In this document: positions 34,495 through 43,600 of the stretch, piece by piece
Numbering within the stretch: position 1 is the stretch's first letter
Layout of the letters: the number at the start of each line of letters is the position of its first letter
Source of the DNA: Emiliania huxleyi CCMP1516
Lineage: Eukaryota
Length of the DNA stretch: 64,000 nucleotides
Direction: 5' to 3'
Assembly (NCBI RefSeq): GCF_000372725.1
Contig: NW_005202428.1
Span: 1,473,331 to 1,537,330 of the forward strand
Translations under genes and position numbers: made by a program
Notes under the pieces: model-generated
What the model was told of the DNA's origin: nothing
The model's database searches: none
Seen by the model: the letters and a program-made list of their open reading frames with translations, nothing else

Positions 34495-35838
34495 TCAGCG
34501 GCCCATCAGCATGTGGTGGTGGCGGCCCGGCTCTTCGTAGCGCCCGTACCGCTCCTCCTCGCGCCGCTGCTCCTCGCGCCGCTCGCCGTGCTCGATCGCC
34601 GCCAGGCCCAGCACCGGGTGGCCCTGCGAGGCGAGGGCGACGCCCGCCAGCTTGTCGTGGCCGGTCGCCAGGAGCGCGCCGTCGAGCAGGGGGCGGAACC
34701 TCTTCTCCTCGGGCGGGGTCGCCGCCGCGGCGCCGGTCATGCCCTCGGACAGGGTGCCGAACGCGTCGCCCGTCGCCGCGCCGGACGCCTGGTACGCCTC
34801 GCCCTCCTTCTGGAAGTCGAAGTCCGGGTCGGTGAAGAAGCGGAAGGCAGTGTCGGCGCCCTGGGAGGCGAAGCCGGCGCCGGTGGTGGCGCCCTTCTGC
34901 GCGAAGGGCATCCAGCCGCCCTTCTCCGCCGGCGCCGCCGCGGCGGCCGGCGGCGGGACCGCCTCGACCGCCTCCGCGCCCTCCGCCGCCTGCAGCCAGC
35001 GGCCGCCGCCGTGGCGGCCGTGCTCGCCGCGGCCGTACTCGCCGTACTCGTACCGGTCGTCGCGGCGGTACTCGTCCTCGCGGCGCTGCTCCTCGCGGTG
35101 CTCGCCCATCTCCATCGCCGCGAGGCCCAGCATCGGGTGGCCCTGCTCCGCCAGCTCCATGCCGAGCAGGTCGTCGTGGCCAGTCATGAGGAGCGCGCCG
35201 TCGAGGAGCGCGCCGCCGCCCCGCTTCTCCTCGGGCGGCGTCGCCGCCGCGGCGCCGGCCATGCCCTCGGATAGGGTGCCGAACGCGTCGCCCGTCGCCG
35301 CGCCGGACGCCTGGTACGCCTCGCCCTCCTTCTGGAAGTCGAAGTCCGGGTCGGTGAAGAAGCGGAAGGCAGTGTCGGCGCCCTGGGAGGCGAAGCCGGC
35401 GCCGGTGGCGGCGCCCTGCTGCGCGAAGGGCATCCAGCCGCCCTTCTCCGCCGGCGCCGCCGCGGCGGCCGTCTCCGGGCTCGCCCCCAGCTTGCGGCGG
35501 CCCATCGACCCGCCGGCCACCAGGTTGCCAAAGTCGGAGGACGTGTCCTTGTTCAGGTCGGAGAAGCGGTTGCCGGTGTTGGAGGCGGAGTCGGAGCTCG
35601 CCTGGAAGGCGCCGCCCGTGATCCAGTCGAGCCCCGTCTCGACGCCCGCCGCAGTGTACTTTGCCCCCGTGAGGAGGCCCATCCCGGCGAACTGCGTCCA
35701 CGAGGCGGGGCCGCGCTGCTCGTCGGGCGGCGAGGTGACGGCGCCGCCGAGGAAGCCGGCGTCGGTGGTGAGCGGGTCGCCGCCCGACGCCGTGGGGACG
35801 GGCGCCGCGGGGCCGGAGGTGATGGCGAGCGCGAGCAT
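34495..35838 (-). CDS. 447-aa modular repeat protein, probable secreted precursor (copy A)
   Basis: Intronless ATG ORF with strong GC3 bias, two internal copies of the GGWMPFAQ..EEKR and LLDGALL..GH modules, and a near-identical copy at 52148-53491. Confidence 0.85.
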   Translation of the reverse strand: MLALAITSGPAAPVPTASGGDPLTTDAGFLGGAVTSPPDEQRGPASWTQFAGMGLLTGAKYTAAGVETGLDWITGGAFQASSDSASNTGNRFSDLNKDTSSDFGNLVAGGSMGRRKLGASPETAAAAAPAEKGGWMPFAQQGAATGAGFASQGADTAFRFFTDPDFDFQKEGEAYQASGAATGDAFGTLSEGMAGAAAATPPEEKRGGGALLDGALLMTGHDDLLGMELAEQGHPMLGLAAMEMGEHREEQRREDEYRRDDRYEYGEYGRGEHGRHGGGRWLQAAEGAEAVEAVPPPAAAAAPAEKGGWMPFAQKGATTGAGFASQGADTAFRFFTDPDFDFQKEGEAYQASGAATGDAFGTLSEGMTGAAAATPPEEKRFRPLLDGALLATGHDKLAGVALASQGHPVLGLAAIEHGERREEQRREEERYGRYEEPGRHHHMLMGR

Positions 35839-36026
35839 CGGGCTGGGCTTGGCTGGCTGGTAGGGAGAGAGGGCGGCGAGGAGCAGGTCCTTTGCGTGAC
35901 TTGAGGAGGTGAAGGAGGGACGCGTCCGCCGAGCTGTCCACGCCCTGAGAGCGCGCTCGCCTGCTCCTTGGCGGGAGCTCCGGTCCGTGGCTTATTCTCC
36001 ATGATTGTTAACGTGCATCGTTTCGA

Positions 36027-36067
36027 GGAGATTTTTAGCAATACCAAACAACTCTAACACTTGTGTG
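36027..36067 (-). mobile_element. 41-bp insertion flanked by the 9-bp duplication tcgtttcga
   Basis: Absent from the paralogous flank near 51965, which has a single tcgtttcga. Confidence 0.75.
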
Positions 36068-36155
36068 TCGTTTCGATACCCTACGCGTTTCTCTACGCCT
36101 CCCCTCCATCCTTCTCTTTCTTTCCTATTCGCGTATCTAGTAGCACCACTGCAAA

Positions 36156-36205
36156 CAAAACGTGTGAGTGTTAGAGTTGTTTGGTATTGCTAAAAATCTC
36201 TCTCT
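36156..36205 (+). mobile_element. 50-bp insertion of the same family, opposite orientation, flanked by the 10-bp duplication ccactgcaaa
   Basis: Core gtgttagagttgtttggtattgctaaaaatctc. Absent from the paralogous flank near 51880. A shorter version of the core is at 4582-4607. Confidence 0.75.
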
Positions 36206-36614
36206 CCACTGCAAAAGATCAAGAAGGGGAAGAGAGAGTTGGAGGATGGAGACTTTCTTTCTTGAGATTTGGTGTTTTTGTTGTTTAGAGGATGGAAATA
36301 AACAAAATCAAACGCCGAGACGAGACGAGATGCATGGAATAAGCATGTGTCCCCCCCCTCACGATCTTCATTCAATCAAACACACCAGAGTGGTGGGGCA
36401 AAAGAGTTTAAACAAGACAACTCTCTCTCACAGCACACAGGCTCGACACAGGTGCAAAAGAGATCTCACGCCTTACTCGGGTTGCCAAGTCTACGAGCCC
36501 ATACGTGTACGTGCTGGCTCTAGCATGCGAGCTCACGCGCCCGCCCGACACGCTCGCCGGTGAGCGCCGTCGAGATCTCACCGCCGGACATGCCGAACTG
36601 CTCGGAGTCGTGCT

Positions 36615-37344
36615 CTAGTGCCCTGAGCTGCCCGAGAGCCACTGGCGAGCGGCACCGACGGGACTCTCGTCATGCGTATCCCCGTCTCCTCCGCCTAGCT
36701 CCCCTGGCGACAAAGAGCCACCGCTGTCACGTATGGCGCGCTCGTGCGTTTGGACGCGCGCCTGCTGCACGTGCGCCATCGCCTCCGCCCTCTGGAACTC
36801 GCGGCTCACCGTGAAGGATGGCTTGGCTTCCACATGTGTCGTCACGCTTGGACAGACCAGTTTAGCGGCGGAAGCCCATGGCGGCGGCTAGGGCGGCGGC
36901 GCACCATGCAGATTATGCTGAGAATCGCTGCGACGAGGCCGACGATGACTCCGATGACGACTCCCATGGTTACCTTGACGGTGACGGCCAAGGACGATGC
37001 CGACGTCGAAGGCGGCGATGGAGATGGCGGTGGCGGCGCTCGAGATGGCGGTGGCGGCGACGATGCCGACAACGACGGCGGTGAAGGTGGTGGTGGCAAC
37101 CTGTGTCACCCGAAATCCATAGTGTCACTCCAGATCCATAAAATGTCGCATTTGCAGCGCATTTTGTTGCAAACAAGTGTGCAAATGGTTGTTTTGACCA
37201 GTACTCACCTGCCCCTGCGGAGCATGCGCATGCTAGCTCTCGTACATGCACTCTCTCTTCCGTCCGCACCCGCACGGTACCCATTCCGGAGCCCACCATG
37301 CCGCTCGCACCTGGCTCGCACCCACCCACTATGCGTGTGGTCAT
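36615..37344 (-). CDS. Possible small single-pass membrane protein (Pro/Ser stalk + TM)
   Basis: PPPPSPPS...MGVVIGVIVGLVAAILSIICMVRRR. GTGAGT donor at about 37210 and acceptor at about 37102. Start uncertain. Confidence 0.35.
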
Positions 37345-37365
37345 GCCAACAGTGCTATGAGCTAA

Positions 37366-37631
37366 TCACTTGGGGACGCCCATGAAGCCCAAGAACCTGG
37401 CCTGACTCTCCCGCTCACTCTGCTCGCGTGCGCGCGAAGCGTTGAGCTCGGCCAGCATCAAATCCTGCGCAAAGGTTGGGGAGAACATGCTCCCGCCCGG
37501 CTGTGCAAACACGGAGGGGGCCGTCTCTGCATCGCGAGTGCGATAGAGCGGCGCCGCCGGTGCCGGCTTGGCCCTCTTGCGGCGCTGCCCCTGCGGCGCA
37601 TCCCTCGGCGGTGGCGGCCCGGGTGGTGGTG

Positions 37632-37688
<57 letters not shown>

Positions 37689-37842
37689 GTGGCGGCGGCC
37701 GCGTCCACGTCGTCTGCTTGTCGACCGAGTTGTAATAGTAGGGGCGCCCATTGCCGTCCACGTACTCGGTCCAGTCCTTGCCGATTTCGGCCTGGCTCTC
37801 CTCCTCCTCCTCCTCCCCCGCCTCGTCGGCGTCCGCCTTCTT
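37366..37842 (-). CDS. WW-domain + polyproline exon (3' fragment), abutting a dispersed repeat
   Basis: EIGKDWTEYVDGNGRPYYYNSVDKQTTWTRPPPP. Upstream sequence is the repeat at 37843 onward. Confidence 0.75.
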
Positions 37843-39400
37843 CTAGGGTACCCAAACTCCGGGGCCGGTGTGCGGGGAGCGAACCTTAACGGCCGCCCAG
37901 AAGCTTTCTGAGCGAACCAATCGGGCCAGGATCATCAGCATATGTCCCCTCCACAACATCGTGGGCGTTTGAGCGGTATTTGAGGAGCACCGCCACTCTG
38001 AAGTTTGGCCGGGTGGTCTGCAGACCCCCCCCCCCCCCAAGCAGCAGACGAGCGGGCTCCGTGGGGTCGAAAAAGTCGACGCTGGGAGTCGCACTCGTCA
38101 AACCATCGCAGTACCATGCGGTCCGCACGTACCGCCCACATCCCCTCCACCGCTGAGAAGGCGCAGATGCTTCCTCCTCTGTCGCGTCGCTCTCGTCTGC
38201 CTCGTCCTGCGACGCCGCCGCCGCCTGCCGATCCCTTGCTCTCGCGGCTTCTCCCGCCTTTCGGCGCAACTCTGCCCTCCTCGCGGCATATTTTGGCCCC
38301 TCGAGTTTATCGAGCTCTCCACCTCTCCTCGCGCAAGGACGACTCTTCTGACGCCCACTCCGATCATTTGCCGCCAAGTCATATCGTTGCTCAGGTCCAC
38401 TCTCTCTTCGAACACTTGTACCTCCACCGATGATGTTGTCGGTGGGTAGAAAGAAAGAAAACAGACACCCAAGGGAGGGATGGGAGGAGGGCACGCCGCC
38501 ACCACACAGGGGTTTTAAGGAGAGGAGTGTGGTGCTAGCCGTCGCCCACCCTAACCCTTGGTCGTCTGCCTCTTTCTATCTCCCTTCGCAGTCCCTCGCC
38601 GATTCTCGCTGCAACCTTCATGCCACCTCGCGGTCGTCCCACTCTCGTCGTTCTCCCTCCTGTCGCTTCCTCCTCTGTCGCGTCGCTCTCGTCTGCCTCA
38701 TCCTGCGACGCCGCCGCCGCCTGCCGATCCCTTGCGCTCTCGCGGCTTCTCCCGCCTTTCGGCGCAACTCTGCCCTCCTCGCGGCATATCCTGGCCCCTC
38801 GAGTTTATCGAGCTCTCCTCGCGCAAGGACGACTCTTCTGACGCCCACTGCGATCATTTGCCGCCAAGTCATGTCGTTGCTCAGGTCGGCACTCTCTCTT
38901 CGGACACTTGTACCTCCACCGATGATGTTGGCGCTGGGGTCCCCTTCGGGTGCATCGTGACAGCTGACGGCGGGATTTCCACTGGTTCATCCTCCTCTGA
39001 GTCGTCTTCCCCGGCTTCCTCCCTCCCGTTCGGCTCTACGTTCAGCACGTTCAGCGTGGCTCACGTAAACGCACAACCCCGGGCCCGAAATCGCACAGAG
39101 TCCGCTCACCCTCCATTTGTCGGTGGGTAAAAGAAAGAAAGAAAGAAAACGGACAACCCAAGGGATTTGTCGGTGGGTAAAAGAAAGAAAGAAAACAGAC
39201 CTTCGAGGGAGGGATGGGTTTTTAGAAATTAGAAAACAGACAACCCAAGGGAGGGATGGGAGGACGGCACGCCGCCACCACACAGGGATTTTAAGGAGGG
39301 ATAAATAAATAAATAAATAAATACAACGGACATCCCAAGCTAGGGCTGGGTCGAGGACAGACACGTCCCCACCTTTGCAGGATTTTAAGGAGGGATTGGC
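37843..39400 (-). repeat. Cluster of nested dispersed repeats (two decayed-ORF copies plus several tailed short repeats)
   Basis: Segments match 4675-4900, 20268-20587, 23063-23280 and 23512-23592. Confidence 0.88.
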
Positions 39401-39857
39401 GAGAATTCTGCAGACCCAAATTCTTTTTGTAGCCGAGCTGGCTCCCAGGTAGCCTAAGGCCGGTGCCCTGAGAGCACGTGTGCTTCCCAATCGCCGTCGA
39501 TGAAGTTGAAGCACGTTCTATCCCAGCCCGCGTCGTCGCTGGCGCAGCATCATGCGGCATGGGCGAGGTGTCAGCGCGTGTCGGCGACGCGTGCACTGCC
39601 GCCGCGACTCTTGGACGACGGCACAGGCGACACATCAAAGTGCCCCTTTTTTGGCGGACCGCGTGGAGGCGGGATTGGGGACGCGAACATCGTCTCGGGC
39701 GTGCTTTTCATTGGCGTCGTGATCCTCGTGCAGCGGATGCTCACACGGGGGCCGCTCAGATTGCTGAGAGACCTTGTCACGTTAATCTCAGCGGGTTTGG
39801 GAAGGCTAAGGTGATTAGAGAGAGTACAAAACGATGTGTCATCACGGGCGCACACAC

Positions 39858-40531
39858 TTATAAGCCACTCATGGACACTGGCCTCGGGCCTGGGCCGCAC
39901 GCCGACACGTCCTCCCCGTCTCCTCCTCCTCGACCGCCGGCGGCGGCCGGAGTTGGAGGGGGCGCACGCACGCGCTGCTGGATGCGGTAGCAGAGCGACT
40001 CCTCGACGAGCCAGAGCCTGGGGGCGGGCACGGGTCGCGCGTCAGAGGGAGCTGCGGCAGGGCGCCGCGGCGGCACAGGTGCGCTCTCCTGCGCTTCTTT
40101 GCGAGGAGCGCGCCGCAGCCCGCCTCCTCCTGAAGCTCGGCCACGGTGGCGCGGTGCGCCTCTGCATTCTGCCGCAGCCGCGCGCCAACCTCGCATAGCC
40201 TCGACGACACCGCTGCGGCACGCGCTCGCAGCAGGTCCTCGGCTCGCAGCAGCGGGTCAGCCGCGGCGAGCAGCAGCGCAAGGCCGACGCTGCCGTCCTC
40301 CGCGCCCGGCCGCTCCCGCTTTGACGCGGCTGCCCTCGCGTCCTCGACCGCGGACGTAAGCGCCGAGGTATATCGCGCCGTGGCGGCGATGTGCTCGTCG
40401 ATTGCCTCGGCCTGGATTGCGAGGAGGTCGAGGTGCGCGAGCGTCGCGGCCTCAGTCGCGTTGCGCACGGTCCCGGCAAGCAATGAAAAGGGGACCGACA
40501 AGTCGCTGGACACGTCTGCCGGGCTGGCCAT
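39858..40531 (-). CDS. Hypothetical helical/coiled-coil protein, head-to-head with NUP188
   Basis: MASPADVSSDLSVPFSLL...RATVAELQEE, with a probable short intron before LWLVEESLCYRIQQ. Confidence 0.5.
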
Positions 40532-40678
40532 GGCGTTGACGCGCCACGGAGCTGGGTGGGTATGTTGCGCGGCTATCGCCGGGGACCGCGTCAGGAAAAG
40601 AAAAATTCGCAAGACAGGAAAAGAAAAACGGCGGCTTGAAATTCTTTTTCCTTTGAGCAGCACACCCACTGGCGAGAC

Positions 40679-43600
40679 ATGGCGCCCGCCTCCGCCACCC
40701 CCCTGCGCTTTCAGCGGCTGCATCACGCGCTCAAGGGCGACGTCGGGGTCGACGAGGTTGAGACGCTGCTCGACACGCTCCACGGCGACTTGCTGCGCAC
40801 GCTCGAGCGCTCGCCGTCGGCGCACACGCCTGGAGGTGTTCCGCAGCCGCCCGCCTTCCCGGCGCCATCGAGCGCGCCTTCGCCGTCGACGTCCGCATAT
40901 GAGCGCGCGGCGGCGGAGCTGTTGCTCCTGGGCACCGACGCCACCGCGCAGCTCCTCGTCGACTTTGAGTGCGCCCGCCAGCCGAGACCCTCCTCGCCAC
41001 GGCCCTCTCCACGGCTGCACACCACCGCCACCTCCGGCTCACTTCGCCCCCGCCCGCCGCCACTTCTCGCAGGCGCGAGTCACACAACGCGGCGCAGGCC
41101 CTCCGCCGCGCGGCCGACGACCCCGCCGCCGCCTCCGACCCTCTCGCCCTGCTGCCAGCCGAGCTGCGGCTACTGGAGCACCTGCACGAGCAGCGGTGCC
41201 TGCTGCTGCGGTGCGTGCAGCAGCTGCTGGCGATCGCCTTCGTCGACAGCGCCTCCCCGCTCCACCGCGTCGCCTCCGGCCGCGTCTCCCTCCTCTGCGG
41301 CGAAGGCCTCCCGTCGCGCCTCTGCACGCTCGCCGCCGCAGGCGCCTTCCCAGGCGGAGAGGCGTCGGCCGCGTCCCGCCTGCCGCGCCGGCTGCGCGGG
41401 GAGGGCAAGGAGGGCGGCGAGGGCGACAAGGAGCGACTGCGGGTGGCGCGGCTCGAGTGGCTCCGCCGCGTCGGCGCGGCGACCGCGCGTCATGAGCAGG
41501 ACGAGAGGCGCGAGCTGCTCCTCCTCGACACACCTCCTCGACACCTCCCAGACCCCTCCCAGACCCCTCCCAGACCCCTCCCAGACCCCTCCCAGACCCC
41601 TCGCAGAACCCTACCCAGACCCCTCCCAGACCCCTCCCAGACCCCTCGCAGAACCCTACCCAGACCCCTCCTAGACCCCTCCTAGAGCGGCTCTGCCTCG
41701 TGCGGCGAGCCTGGCCCCGAGCCTCGCCCCCTTGCCCTCCCGCCAGGTGCGAGCTGCTCGAGCTGCTCTGCCTCGTCCAGGCGGCGCCGCTGCTGCAGCT
41801 GCAGGCGCGGCTGACGCTTGCGCCCGCCGAGGACGCGTCGCTCCTCGAGCAGCAGCTCGGCGTCGTCGCCTCCGAGGCGGCTCGCGCCGGGCCGACTCCG
41901 CCCGCCGCCGCCGACGCCGAGGATGCCGAGGCTTGCGGCGGCCGGCCGGCGGCGAGCAGCGGTGCGGCGACCTCCCCCCTCCCCCCCTCCCCCCCTCCCC
42001 CCTTCCCCCCCGCCCCCGGCTCGGCCTCGTCCTTGAGGTGGAGACGTCGCCGACCTGTTAGGCCGCGCGCTCTCCCTGGCTGTCCTCGGCACGCTCGCCG
42101 CGATGCAGGCCCGAGCAGCTCGCTTGCTGAGTTGTCCACGACACGTCCACGACACGTCCACGACACGTCCACGACACGTGCCTTGCGTGTCCCCGCAGGC
42201 CGAGCAGCTCGCTTGCGAGGCCGTCTCCCGCACGCCCGACGCCGCGGCGCGTCACCGCAAGGCCACCGAGAAGCTCCTCGCCATGTGCGCGGCGGCGGCG
42301 CCCGGAGGCGGCGGCGGCAGCGGCTCGCTCTCGCTTCTGGGGCCCGCGGCTTCGGGGGCACTTCTTCTGCCGGGGCCGCAGGCAGTGACAGCGTTGACGG
42401 CACCGACGTTGCCGGCGACGTCGGTGCCAGCGGCGGCGGCAGCCGCAGCGTCCCATGGCGGCGGCGGCGCCCTTGGCGCGCTGGCCCTCGGCTGGTGCGG
42501 CGTGCAGCTCGAGGTTGCGCCTGAGGCGTCCGTCGGTGCTGTCGCCGGCGAGCTCGCGTCGCAGGCGACGCAGCTCTTGCCCGCTGGCTGTGAGCAGCCT
42601 CCCTTCACACCTTCTTCGCGTGAACAGGCGACGCGGCTCGATGGGCTCGGCTGGTGCTCCTCTCTCTTTGAGGGCGACGGCTTCCGCGCAGAGGCGCCGC
42701 CCGAACCCCCCTCGCCCCCCCCCCCCCCCCNNNNNNNNNNNNNNNNNNNNNNNNNNNNNNNNNNNNNNNNNNNNNNNNNNNNNNNNNNNNNNNNNNNNNN
42801 NNNNNNNNNNNNNNNNNNNNNNNNNNNNNNNNNNNNNNNNNNNNNNNNNNNNNNNNNNNNNNNNNNNNNNNNNNNNNNNNNNNNNNNNNNNNNNNNNNNN
42901 NNNNNNNNNNNNNNNNNNNNNNNGGACTACGCTCACGCCCTCGGCAGAGCCACGCACTCGCTGCCGCAGCAGCCGTCGCTCTTCGAGGCGCGCGCCTCCG
43001 CCGACGGCCGCTTCCTGCGCGCCGAGCCGGCGCAGGCCAGCCTCGGCGTGCCGCCGCTCCGCCTGCCCGCCGGCGCCACGGGCGAACGGCTCGGCGGCGG
43101 GCTTGTCACGTGGTCGTTCCCACGCGAGTCGCCGCTCGACATGGCGCCCCGCCTCGTCGCCGCGGTGCGCGCCGTCACCCGCGCCGGCGCGGCCGCCGGC
43201 GCGGCCGCCGAGCAGGTCCGCGCGGCGGCTGCAGCGCTCGAGCTCCTCGCGGGCGCCGCCCTCGCCCACAGTGTCGGCGAGCGCTGAGGGTTTGGCTGAC
43301 CGCCGGTCGCTCGAGCCGCCCGGCTCACGCCGCCCTTACGGTTGCTGTAGGCGAGCTCTGGAGCGAGGTCCTTCCTCCGCCCGCCGAGCTCGTGGCGTGG
43401 CTCGAGGCGAGCGCACAGTGCCCGCCGCTGCGGCTCGGCGCGCTGCGCCTCCTCGTCTCGGTCGCTCCGCTCGCGCCCACGGCCGTGCGCGCCGAGCTGC
43501 GCCGCTGCAACGTGCTTCGCGCCGAGGCTTCGCCGTGGGTGCCCCTGCCCCTCGACGCGTCCTCCTCCCTCCTGGTGCGCCTCGTCTCGGAGGTCTCGCT

